Position numbers and translations under genes: made by a program | Notes under the pieces: generated by a model | What the model was told of the DNA's origin: nothing | Seen by the model: only the letters and a program-made list of their open reading frames with translations | Databases searched by the model: none | Shown here: piece by piece, positions 43,501-56,780 of the stretch | Position numbering within the stretch: the first letter of the stretch is position 1 | Layout: every line of letters begins with the position of its first letter | Assembly (NCBI RefSeq): GCF_009914755.1 | Contig: NC_060933.1 | Strand: one strand, 5' to 3' | Source of the DNA: the human T2T-CHM13v2.0 reference genome, Homo sapiens | Length of the DNA: 64,000 nt

Positions 43501-46500
43501 AAATAATTGGAACTTAGAGGAGGAGTCACAGTGTGATATTTTGGAAAGGGGCTATAACAGTCTAGGAAAAACTGATAATTTATGTCTTTTAAGAAAAAAG
43601 TTCTAGTGAAATTCTACAATTTAAGAAAATAATTGTTATGTAAGTCTCTAAATAAGAGAGAAGAAATGCTACCACCACCAAAAACAACAAAACATTATTT
43701 CTGCAGCTGCTAACATCAGAATGGCTTTGGAAATCTACATGACCAAAAAATTGTTGCAAATAATCAAGCTAGAATTCATGTACAAAGTGGAAAGAGAAAC
43801 ATTCATACACTTCCAAATAATTAAAAAATATAGCCCTTCTGCGAGAGCACTGGAGAGACTGCAGGCGGAAAATTCACTACTGGTGTAATTTATAAAATCA
43901 AGCTCTCATAGAAATAAATAAAAAACATCAACAAAAATAAAAGATTGTTTTGATAAAGAAATAATAATATGGACAACTATTATATGGTGCCACTGAGAGT
44001 TGGCACATAAGCAACTCCTCATCAGTATATTAAAAATTGTTCTACTTGTTCCTGCATAGGTAATGCCAACCTCGCGATAGCAATAAAAGGGAGAATCTGA
44101 AACAGTGTTTTCTTCTTGGAAATACATACTTACTGTACAGATCCCTTTGTACACTAAACATTCATTGAAATAGCCTTGTTTTCTACTTGTGTTTCCTATA
44201 CTTTGTACATTGAATGGCCAAGTTTCAAAATGGTTTGGTTCAAAGTTGTGATCTACCAGAACTGCTTCTCAATCCTTGAAAAGAGTCAGTAGACTGTGGT
44301 TATACTGCAAGGAAGAGGCAGTAGGCTGTAGTTATGCTTCTGTGATATTTGTCAGGCTCTGCAGAAGACTTTTTTAAAACAGGCTTGTTTATTTGTCAAT
44401 AAAAATGCACCATCTCATGTTGTTTTGACATCCTTTACAAATACACAATTATCTTCTTTTCTATAAGGTTAAATTCCATTCAGGTACATGATGATGCTTT
44501 CCCAATTTAAATTTGCAAATGAGGTAGCATAGTAAGATTAATTATGCAGTACCCTTGGTATTTAGGGGTTCACATTCAAAGTGTGTGTAGGAAGACCATG
44601 AGCTGGTGCAAAGATTAACTCTGACATTATCACTGTTTTTAGATCTGCCGGGTAACAGTTTTCATTTTATTTATGAGCCTCATATTTTAAATTGACGTTT
44701 ATGCTGGGCAATGTGTGAAATTATTTGACTGTGACCAGACTTATTTATAAATTCAATGTGAATACTGACACATTTCATATGCTATTTGTATTTTAAATAT
44801 ATTGGAAATGGTACAATTAAAATATCTGAGTTTAAAGAGTGAAGGGGAGAGATACGGATCCAGTTAAGAAGTAATGTTTGAGTGCACACATATTTAAAAA
44901 GTTATAAAAGGAAAAGAAGCAATATGAACTACTTATCTCAGTGCCTGAAAATATGCAGGAAGCAAAAATAAGACCTGCTAACGCTGGCATATGAAAAGGA
45001 CTTCATGAAATGTTAACTTAACACATTCAAAATCATATTATAATTAGTACCGGGTGAGCCATAAAATGTTCCTAAAAACACCTAGAAGTTAATATGCTTT
45101 TTTTTCTCTCTCTCTCTCACTCTCTCGCTCTCTTACTCTTGCTATCATCTTCATATTATCAAGTATAAAGGTCTTAATTGAAAGTTGTGTTCCTAGAGAG
45201 TGTGTACCTTGTCAAATTGCAAAATATTACAACCTCAGATGAAGTTCTCTTCAGGTATTGTGGGTCTGAGTGGACTCAGAGCTTGAGTGAAAACTTAAAG
45301 GTGTAGGGTCAGGTTTTGTACGTGACTGGTTGCCGTTTACTCTGATCTGTTCAATTTAAGCTGGTCTCCATATGTACAATGATACTAACAAGGAAAGGAC
45401 AATATATCCAAGGAGTTCTAACAAGTTCATCTTATGAATCTTATGATTCTGAGGCATCCAGGAAAAGGAATGATACTATAATTACCAGCAATTTTTCTAA
45501 CAAGGTACACACAATTTGTTCCCTTTTGTGTGACTCAAAATTTCTGACTCACATTTAGCATAATTCATTTCCCTTTAGTGAAAGTGTCAGTACTATTCTT
45601 TTCAAAATATTCCTTCTTCAGAATTCCCCTCTGCATTCAGAATGACATATGATAGCAATAATAGCAATAATTATAGTAATAACAATACCATGTATTTAGT
45701 GATTCAGGATAAAGTGATTGACACTGAAAACAATTATTGCTAGCATATAGTAAAGAAAAACTGGTTTGTTGGTAAGTAGAAGCATAAGACACTTGGCACT
45801 ATTGAAATGATGAAATCTGTTACCAAACACACAGCTCACTGGAATCAATGAGTTTATCATGCAGACGGTGGCAGCAGAATACTGTGGACTTTTGATTTTT
45901 ATATATCTCTCACTTATCTCACTAGTGGGCACACAGTAGGCACTTAATACAGTGCATTTTATCAGCAGGGACTGCCAAGTAAGCTTTTCAGACAAGAAGA
46001 ATTGAGAAATCCTTGAGAAATTAGGAAAGACTTAATTTCTGAAAAAAAATGATTTGAACCAGAAGTATGTAAGGAAATTAGAATCAAGGCATATATCAAA
46101 AATAAGGCTAAGTTAAAGCAGAAGATCAAAAATTCTGTTCGACAGTCAAGAACAAAAGGATGCATATACAAGAAAAAAAGTGATAGGTTCAAAGTCTAGT
46201 CATTCAGTCAGGAACTTAGCATCAACAGATGTTGATATTAAAAAGGAAGAAAGGAAGCGAAGGAATGAGAGATGCTAGCACTAAAAACTGTGATAAATGA
46301 TCCAAGAGTAACTCTAGTCTAGTATTTAGATGAACTCCCCTAAGGAAATACATAATGACAAAGCCAGATATGGGAGTGGAGACGGATGTTAATGATAATG
46401 GATAATAATGATAAGAACAACAATGGTACTTCTAAACTAGTAGTAGATAATAGACATGATACGAGAACCAAAAATTCTGAAAATTGACAAGTAAGTTTGT

Positions 46501-48329
46501 GGAATTTACTATTGTAAGTTTTTAAATTTAAAGTTTACCTGAAACATTTATTTGAGTGCATAATTACAATACTGAATAAATTATATAAATTTTCAGATGT
46601 TTGAGTAGTAATGTAGTCAAGTTTTTATGGTTTTCCCTTCTTGCCTTGTTAGTAGTCTAACAATTATAATTACCATGAATTTGATCATATTTCCCTGAAA
46701 TATTTAATAATCATATCATGTTTATCTTAATACCCAAGATTTAGAATTCTTCAACTACTAGCCTTTCCTTCCAGAAAGAGAAAATGGTATCAAAATATCA
46801 GCTCCAATTCCCTTGGATGAAGAAAGCTGGGACAGAGGGAGAGGAAAGGAAAGCAATGGTAATAGAAAGAGGATGAAGTGTAAGGGGGCTGACCTCTATA
46901 TATAACCATGCCTCTGTCAATGGCACAGAAAATAACTAAGGCAGGTTTACCTTAGAGAAAATATGATTTCATGGGTGGCAAGTAGATTTTCTCATTCAAT
47001 TCCTTCAGTAAAGATAGAAGAAAAGACCAAATCACATTTACTAGTGATGTAAATATATTTTAAAGAACACAAAAAATTTAATACAACAATAAAAGTTGAG
47101 ACAATATAATTTTCTTTTATCTTCTTTCTCCATCTAGCCTCTTACTGGAATTCCCTCACTCTTTACTCCTCTTATATAGTCCTAAAAATGTTACTTTGCA
47201 CTCTTCAGAAGGCATTAATCAATGGTTGTTAAAAAAAAAAATTCACAGAGCCTGAATCTACTTTACTTCAAGAATATATTTTTTAAAATGAACATAAGAT
47301 TTTTTAATGTCAAAAAATTTTAAAGTTATAGTAGTATTACATAGTACATCAAGTTAAGTGTATTCAACAGTTTGAAAAACTAAAGGTTTGATTGTCTCTT
47401 TTCACTAAGTGTAAAAATTAACTTTAAAATACTTTGAGGTCAAAGAAATTTTAGTTTTGTTATTCCAGAGAAATAGAATACACTCTTACATGTTAATTTC
47501 TAATGCTAGTCATAGAAAAACTCAAAAAACTTACAGATGATGAACAGATTAAATAGGGACAAAAAAGAAGTCAAATGAGATAAAAATTAAAACAGTGGAA
47601 TTTTCCATATATTTCCTATCTCATCCTATCTTCCTAGCCCTGATGAAATAGAACATTGAAGGCCTATCCACTGAATATTACTCAAGTCTTAAAGAATTTT
47701 AATGAGTTTGTATCCTATTAAAATTCATATATGTCATTTTATAACTAAGTATGCTATTAATTTAAATCTAGTGGTTTTTTTGCACATTCATGGTTTAGAT
47801 TACCTTTTTCAATTCTTTCTGTATCTTCGTATTATTTTAGGGAACAATGAAGCATTAAATTTAAAAAATCCTTCAAATATCCACTTTGAGCTAAACTAAG
47901 TGAAAAATCATCAGTGGAAAAACATGCTCATATTTTCTAAATAATTGCCACTAATCTTTTTGCTAGCAAGAAATTAGAGTGAAATAAAAAATAATGTATG
48001 TAAACTTATAAAATTCAAGTTTCACTCTATTAAGTACACAAAAAAAGTAAGACATACTGTATACTTCATTGACTATTTTTAACCTGTATGACCTTTAATT
48101 TGACTTTATATGGCATTCTACCTCTTTCATTGTTTTATAGTGTTTGCTATTTTTCCATTTTTTCAACAGTAGAATATAGTTACAAATGAAGAGATCATTC
48201 TTTTAATTTGAGACAATAATCCAACTCTTAGTGGTTAATATGTATTTTCCTCATTTTCCCCAAGTAAATTTAACTGATGACTAGTTTTATGTATGACAAT
48301 AGATTACTGCTTTTCACTTTTTGAAAAAG

Positions 48330-48695
48330 TTATGGTAAAATATTTTAAAAACATAAAATTTATTGCCTTAACATTGTTAGATATAGAGTAAAACAGTGTT
48401 AATTATATGTACCTTGTTATGCAACAGATCTCTAGAACTTCAACTAGCAAAACTGAAACACTATACTCATTGGAAAAAACTTCCATTTAGCCTCCCCACA
48501 TGCCCCTGGCAGCTACCACTCTGCATTATGTTTCTAAAAGTTTGACTACTTTAGATACTGGAATAAGGGAATCATGCAGCATTTTTTTGTGTGTGACTGG
48601 CTTATTTCATTAAACATGATATTATCAAGGTTCATTCATGTTGTAGCATATAACAGGATTTCCTCCTTTTTTAAGGCTGAGTAATATCCTGTTGC
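48330..48695 (-). mobile_element. L1MB/late L1MA 3'UTR fragment
   Basis: aacagatctctagaactt..cccctggcagctaccactct..tttgactactttagatac. Confidence 0.8.
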
Positions 48696-48696
48696 T

Positions 48697-49300
48697 AAGA
48701 AACTATCAACATGATAAACAGAAAACCTACAGAATGGAAGAAAATGTTTGCAGACTATGCATCTAACAAAGGTCTAATATCCAGCATCTATAAGGAACTT
48801 AAACAAATTTGCAAGAAAAAGAAACAACACTATAAAAAAGTGGGCAAAGGATATCAACAGATACTTTTCAAAAGAATACATACATGCGGCCAACAATCGT
48901 ATGAATAAAAGCTCAACATCACTGATCGTTAGAGAAATGCAAATCAAAACCACAATGAGATACCACCTCACACCAGTCAGATGGCTATTATTAAAGGCCA
49001 AAAAATAACAGACACTGGTGAAGTTGTGGAGAAAAAGGAGCGCTTATACACTGTTGGTGGGAGTGTAAATTAGTGTAAATTGGTTCAATCATTGTGGAAG
49101 ACAGTGTGGTGATTCCTTAAAGGCCTAAAGATAGAAATACCGTTTGACTCAGCCGTCCCATTACTGGGTACATACTCAAGGAAATATAAATCATTCTATT
49201 ATAAAGACACATGCACATGGATGTTCACTGCAGCACTATTCACAATAGCAAAAATATGGAATCAACGTAAATGCCTATCAATGGTAGACTAGGTAAAGAA
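48697..49300 (+). mobile_element. Older L1PA ORF2 3' segment
   Basis: aagaaactatcaac..cctacagaatgg..to tcaatggtagactaggtaaagaa, interrupted by the next element. Confidence 0.9.
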
Positions 49301-51969
49301 AGGGGGAGGGGCCAAGATGGCCAAATAGAAACAGCTCCGGTCTGCAGATCCCAGCAAGACCAACAGAGAAGGCAGGTGATGTCTGCATTTCCAACTGAGG
49401 TACCCAGTTCATCTCATTGGGACTGATTAGACAGTGGGTGCAGACTACAGAGAGTGAGCAGAAGCAGGGTGAGGTGTTGCTTCACCTGGAAGTGCATGGA
49501 TCCAAGGGAAGCGGTGAGAGACTGTGCTACTCAACCCGGGCACTATGCTTTTCCCATGGATTTTTGAAATCCACAGATCAGGAGATTCCCTTGTGAGCCT
49601 ATGCCACCAGGGCTCTGGGTTTCAAACACAAAACTGGGTGGCTGTTTGGGCGGGCACTGTGCTGCAGGAGTTTTTTTAATACTCCAGTGGCACCTAAAAC
49701 TCCAGTGAGAAAGGAGAACCGTCCACTCTCCTGGAAAGGAGGCTAAAGCCAGGGAGCCAAGTAGTCTCGCCTAGCAGGTCCCACTCCAACAGAACCCAGC
49801 AAGCTAAGAACCACTGGCTTCAAATTCTCACCGCCAGCACAGCAGTCTGGAGTCTATCTGGGACGATTGAGTTTGGTGGGGGAAGGGGATACCGCCATTA
49901 TTGTAGTTTTAGGAGGCTGTTTTCCCCTGACAGTGCTAAGGAGACTGGGAGGTTTGGACCTTGCAGCGCAGCAAAGAGGCTGTGGCCAGACTGCTTCTCT
50001 AGATTCCTCCTCACTGGGCAGGGCATCTCTGCAGGAAATCCAGCAGCTCCAGTCAGGGGCTTACAGACAAAACTCTAATCTCCCTGGGACAGAGCACCTG
50101 GGGGGAGGGGCAGCTGGGGTCACAGCTTCAGTAGATTTAATCTTCCTGCCTGCCAGCTCTGGAGAGAGTGGCTGATCCTGACAAGGGGGATTCTCCCAGC
50201 ACAGTACACCAGTTCTAAGGGACAGACTGCCTCCTTAAGTGGGTCCCTGACCCCTGTGCCTCCTGACTGGGAGAGACCTCCCAACAGGGGTTGACAGACA
50301 CCTCATACAGGAGAGCTCTGGCTGGCATCAGGCTGGTGCCTTTCTGGGATGAAGCTTCTAGAGGAAGAAGCGGGCAGCAATCTTTGCTGTTCTGCAGCCT
50401 CCACTGGTGACACCGAGGCAAACAAGGTCTGGAGTAGACCTCCAGCAAACTGCAGCAGACCTGCAGAAGAGGGGCCTGACTGTTAGAAGAAAGACTAACA
50501 AACAGAAAGCAACAACAACAACAACAACAACAAATAACGCCCCAATAAGAACCCCACCCAAAGGTCATCAGCCTCAAAGATCAAAGGTAGATAAATCCAC
50601 AAAGATGAGGAAAAACCAGTGCAAAAATACTGAAAATTCCAAAATCCAGAATGCCTCTTCTCCAAATGATCACAACACCTTTCCAGCAAGGCCACAAACC
50701 TCAATGGAGAATGAGATTGACGAACTGACAGAAGTTGGCTTCAGAAGGTGGGTAATAACAAACTTCTCTGAGCCGAAGAAGCATGTTTTAACCCAATGCA
50801 AAGAAGCTAAGGACCTTGATAAAAGGTTACAGGAACTGTTAACTAGAATAACCAGTTTAAAGAGGAACATAAATGACCTGATGGAGCTGAAAAACACAGC
50901 ACGAGAACTTCGTGAGGCATACACAAGTATCAATAGCCAAATTGACCAAGCGGAAGAAAGGCTTTCAGAGTTTGAAGAATGCCTTACTGAAATAAGGCAT
51001 GCAGATGAGATTAGAGAAAAAAAACAATGAAAAGGAACAAACAAAGCCTCCAAGAAATACAGGACTATGTGAAAAGACTGAGCCTACAATTGATTGGAAT
51101 ACCTGAAAGAGACAAGGAGAATGGAACTAAGTTGGAAAACACACTTCAGGATATTATCCAGGAGAGCTTTTCTAACGTAGCAAGACAGGCCAAAATTCAA
51201 ATTCGGGAAATATGGAGAACACCATTAAGATACTCCATGAGAAGATCAACCCCAAGACACATAATCCTCAGATTCTCAAAGGTCGAAATGAAGGAAAAAA
51301 ATGTTAAGGGCAGCCAGAGAGAAAGGTCAGATCACCTACAAGGGAAGCCTATCAGACTACCAGGGAATCTCTCTGCAGAAACACCACAAGCCAGAAGAGA
51401 GTGGGGGCCAATATTTAACATTCTTAAAGGAAAGGATTTTCAACCCAGAATTTCATATCCAGCCAAACTAAGCTTCATAAACAAAGGAGAAATAAATTCC
51501 TTTCCAGACAAGCAAGTGCTAAGGGATTTTGTCACCACCAGGCTTGCCTTGCAAGAGCTCCTGAAGGAAGCACTAAATATGGAAAGGAAAAACCAGTACC
51601 AGCCACTGCAAAAACATACCAAAATATAAAGACCAATGACACTGTGAAGAAATTGCATCAAATAGTGTGCAAAATAACCAGCTAGCATCATGCAAATCAA
51701 AACCACAATGAGATACCATCTCATGCCAGTCAGAATGGTGATTATTAAAAACTCAAGAAGCAATAGATGCTGAAAAGGCTGTGGAGAAATAGGAATGCTT
51801 TTACGCTGTCGGTGAAAACGTAAATTAGTTAAACCATTGTGGAAGACAGTATGGCAATTCCTCAAGGACCTAGAACCAGAAATACCATTTGACCTAGCAA
51901 TCCCATTACTGGGTATATACCCAAGGAATATAAATCATTCTACTATAAAGACACATGCACACATATGTT
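49301..51969 (+). mobile_element. L1PA7/8-like element: 5'UTR, frameshifted ORF1, and ORF2 nearly all deleted
   Basis: ggccaagatggccaaatag start; ORF1 from atgaggaaaaac (~50605) to 51629; ccagctagcatcATG joined to caaatcaaaaccacaatgag; no 3'UTR. Confidence 0.93.
50605..51629 (+). pseudogene. L1 ORF1p remnant (frameshift near 51025, further local frameshifts near 51300-51335)
   Basis: ELTEVGFRRWVITNFSE, ARELREAYTSINSQIDQAEER, QARREWGPIFNILK..FQPRISYPAKLSF. Confidence 0.92.
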
Positions 51970-54790
51970 GGAATAAGTAAAAAAGCTAAATAAACTAAAA
52001 AAATCAATGTTAAACTCTTTTTAGGTAAGTAGAGAACTGAGGTAGTGGCAAATCACTGCTCTAAACATAGAGGAGATGGATGGAGCATCACATTTTCTGT
52101 TATCAGAAACTCAGGAGCAAAAATTTTCCAGGAAACCAGTATTGAAGTAGAAAAATCTGAACTGTAATTGATGAATTGCTGGAGGCTCACTGTGGACAAG
52201 TTGAGAGTTAAAAATTCAGATGAACTGTTATGTCACAAAAAGATAGAGTTTGAAGAGATAAAGCAAGCATCAGAACCAGAGTCAGATATGGTAGGGATGT
52301 TGGAATAATCAGACAAGGAATTTAAAACATGTATGATTGATTTGATAAGGACTCTAATGCAAAACATAGACAACGTGCAAGAAGAGATGGGCAAAATAAG
52401 CAGAGATATTGAAATTCTAAGAAGGGATTAGCAAGAAATATTACAGATTAAAAGCCATGTATCAGAAATAAATAATGTCATTGAGGGGCTTATTCGTAGA
52501 CTGGACACAGCTGAGGAAAGACTGAGCTTGAGGTTATATAGTTGACATCTGTAGACTACTTCATGCAACAACAGTAGAATAAAAATTCTTCTCAAGCTCA
52601 CATAGAACATTCACTAAGACAGACCAAACTCTACATAATAAAACACAATTAAACAAATTTAAAATAACAAAAGTTACGAAATCTATACACTCACCACATT
52701 GGAATTAAGTTAGAACTCAATAACTGAGATATGGCTGAAAAATCCCCAAAGTGTGGCGATTAAACAACATATTTTAAAATAAATACTACCTGAGTAAAAA
52801 AGAAATTTTAAGAGAAATTTTAAAATATTTCGAACTCAATGAAAATGAAAATACAACTTGTCAAAATGTGTGAGATGCTGTGAAAAGAATGCTTAAAGGG
52901 AAATTTATAGCATTGAATGCATATATAAGAAAAGAAGAAACAACTAAAATCAATAATCTAAGCTTTTACCTGAAACTAGAAAAAGAGTAAATTAAATGCA
53001 AAATAATAAAAATTATAAAAATTAGACAATAAGGAATGAAATTGGACACAAAATATCAATCAATAAAATGAAAAGCTGGTGTTTTAAAAAGGTCAAAAAG
53101 TTAGCTTAAGTATGAAAAAAGAGAAGGGATACAAATTACTAATATCAGAAATGAAAGATAGGACATGATTCCAAATTCCATGGACATTAAAAGAATAATA
53201 AAATAGTATGAACAACTCTATGCCACAGATTTCACAACTGAGATGTAATGGGCCAATTCTTTGAAATAAACAATTTACTAAAACTCACATAAGAAGAAAC
53301 AGACCAACCGAATAGGCCTATGTCTCTTAAACAAATTGAATCAATATTTAACAACTTTTCAAAACAGAAACCACCAGGCCTTGGTGTGTTCTTTGATAAG
53401 TTATATCAAATATTTAAGAAAGAAATTGTCAACCCTCAAAATCTGAGACAGGTCTGTCAATTTTGGAAGTTTATTTTGGCAAAATTAAGGACGCGCCTGT
53501 GACGCAGAATCAGGAGGTCCTGACGACATGTGCCCAAGGTGTTTCGAGCACAGCTTGGTTTTATACATTTTGGGGAGACATGCAACATCAATTAATCAAT
53601 TAACATATGTAAGATGAACATTGGTTCAGTCCAGAAAGGCAGGACAACGTGAAGCAAAGGCAGGACAACTGGAAGTTGGGAAGAGGCTTCCAGGTCATAG
53701 GTAGATAAGAGCCAAATTATCTCATTCTTTTGAGTTTCTGATTAGCCTTTCCAAACCAGGCAATCAAATATGCATTTGTCACAATGAGCAGAGGGATTAC
53801 TTTGAATAGAAGGGGAGGCAGGTTTGCCCTAGCAGTTCCCAGCTTGACTTTTCCCTTTAGCTTAGTGCTTTTGGAGCTGTGAGATTTATTTTAATTCCAC
53901 AAAATTTTATTAATTCTCTACAATTTCTTCCAGCAGATAAAAGAAGGGGTAACACATACTAACTCATTCCATAAGGCTGACATTACCTTAATACTCAAAC
54001 CAGACAGACATTACAAGAATGGAAAACTACAGACCACTATCAAGTCATTAACGTATATATACACACATGTATATGCTAAACAAAATATTAGCAAATCAAT
54101 TCCAGCAATGTAGAAAAAGAACTATATACAACAACCAAATGGGATCTACTACAGTTGTGCAAAGCAGAATTAACATACAAAAATCAATTCATATAATCCA
54201 TTATAGCAGCAGGCTAAAGAAGAAAAATCATATGAACATATCAACAGATGCAGAATAAGCATTTGACAAAATTTAACACTTATTCATGATTCTTTTAAAA
54301 AGCACTGAGTAAACTGGGAATAGAAGGGGACTTCCTCAACTTGACAAAGACTATCTACAAAAAGACTAGTTAACATCATAATTAATAGTTAGAAAAAAGA
54401 GTTTCTCATTAAGATTAGGAACATGGGAAGAATGTCCTCTTCCCCAACTCCTTTTCAATATCATACTGATTGTCCTAGTTAATGAAAGATAAGAAAATAA
54501 AATAAAACATTTACAAACTGAAAAGAAATAAGTTTATATATATGTGTTGAAACCTATAGAAATATATAAGACAAAAAGTGAACCCTAATGTAAACTGGAC
54601 TTACGCAATAATGATGTGTCAGTGTAGCTTTATCAGTTGTAGCAAATATACCATCTGGTATGGAATGCTGATATCTGGGGAGGCTCTGGGTGTATGGGGG
54701 CAGGGTGTATATGGAAATTCTTTTAACTTTCTGGTCAGTTTGTCTGTAAATCTAATATCCTTTAAAAAGTAAAGTCTTTTCATTAAAATA
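51970..54790 (+). mobile_element. L1MC1-like element with internal deletions, split by an LTR
   Basis: 5'/ORF1 remnant, ORF2 pieces, and 3'UTR aagtgaaccctaatgtaaac..atggaaattc..ctgtaaatctaa. Confidence 0.8.
53427..53901 (-). mobile_element. MER4A-like ERV1 solo LTR
   Basis: tg...ca termini; caggaggtcctgacgacatgtgcccaagg; perfect 4-bp TSD aaat (53423-53426, 53902-53905). Confidence 0.92.
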
Positions 54791-55123
54791 AAAAACAATC
54801 CTACATTACTTTATTGGTGAATTCTACCAAGCATCTGAAGAAAAATTAATACCAATACTTGACAAACTCTTTCAAGAATCAGGAGAAAGGGAATAGATCC
54901 CAACTTATTTTATGAAGCCAGTGTTACCTGTATGTATACATAAAAGACATCACAGAGAAAAAGCTGACTAATATCCCTTATAAATATAGATCCAAAAATC
55001 CTAAACAGTATATTGGCAAACTGAATTCATCAGTATTTAAAAAGCACTGGTCATGGAGTTACGACTAAGTAATATTTCATCCAGGAATGCAAGGTTAACT
55101 TAATATATGACAATCAATCAAAG

Positions 55124-55295
55124 GAGCTGGGTGTGGTGGCACATGTCTGTAGTTCCAGCTACCGAGGAGGCTGAAGCAGGAAGATTGCTTGATCCCAGCA
55201 GTTTAAGGTTGTAGTGACCCATGATTATGGGTCACTGTATTTTAGTCGTGGGGACAGGGTAAAACAGTGAGACCCTTACTCCAAAAAAAAAAAAA
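55124..55295 (+). mobile_element. Alu monomer (FRAM/FAM-like)
   Basis: gctgggtgtggtggcacatgtctgtagttccagctac..gattgcttga..gtgagacc plus A-tail; single arm only. Confidence 0.85.
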
Positions 55296-55419
55296 TAAGA
55301 AAATCAAAGTAACATAGTTTTATTTTATATATTATTTTATTCATTTAAGTATTCATAATTTTGTTATTTTATATTTTATTATTTATTAATATGTTCAAGA
55401 GAATAAAGGAGAAAAGTCA

Positions 55420-55728
<309 letters not shown>

Positions 55729-56780
55729 TCACAAAACAGCTAAATAGACACAGTACAATCATGAGGTAAAAAACATTTCTTGATAAAAAACATTTAATAA
55801 GCTGGGAAAAATGAGCTTCCTAAACCTGATGAAGACTATCAACATATAACTTAAATTTAACTTCATACTTATTGATGGAAGACTTGAATCTTTTCATATA
55901 AGATTACAAACAAGACAAGGATGCCTGTGCTTTCTACTATTTTATGTTGTACTGGAGGTTCTAGGCAGGACAATCAGGAAAGAAGAAATAAAAGTAATCT
56001 ACATTGGAAAGGAATCTATTCCTCTTTACAGATGGCATGATAATGCATATGGTAAATAAGAGGAATCCACTGAAGTTTTCAAATGAATAAATGCATTCAC
56101 CAAGGCTTCAGGATATAACATAAATATACAAAATGACATTTAAAATAACTACATTCACAATAATATCAAAAAGAATAAAATATGAATAAATTTAACAAAT
56201 GAAGTACAAAATATATACTCTGAAAACTGCAAAATATTGTGCAAAGATATTTTGGAAACCTAAATAAATGGAAATACATCTCATACGATGAATAGAAAGA
56301 CTTAATATTATAAAGATTGCAATACTGAACAAATTGATCTACAGATCAACATAAATCATCTTAAAACACCAGAAGACTCCTTTGCAGGAATTCAAAAGTT
56401 GATCCTAAAATTTATAACAAAATACAAGGGAACAAAAATAGTGAAAACATTCTTGAGAAGAACAAAATTAGAAGAATCACACTGATTTTAAAGACTAAAA
56501 GTCTACTGGAATCAAGACAGTGTGGTACTGGCATAGGGACAGTAGAAGAGATTAACGGATTAGAATTGAGAGTTCAGGAAAATATATACCAAACCCCTAT
56601 ATTTATGGTCAATTGCTTTTCAACAAGGATGCCATAAAAATTTAATGGATAATGATTAATCTTTTTTACAAAATTGTGCTGGAACAGTAATCAATATACA
56701 AAGAAAAAAAGAAGATTGACTTCTACCTCATACCTTACATAAAAATTAATTCAAAGCAGAGACCTAAATTTAAAAGCTAA

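Noticed and set aside
44545-45000. Possible Tigger-type remnant
   Set aside because: Only a faint terminal resemblance; I cannot support the call.
50215-50577. Poly-Cys / poly-Thr ORFs
   Set aside because: Produced by a (CAA)n expansion in the L1 5'UTR.
48938-51962. Direct repeat of the same ORF2 segment (48938-49217 vs 51690-51962) as a local duplication
   Set aside because: The copies differ at many subfamily-type positions, so they are two independent L1s.
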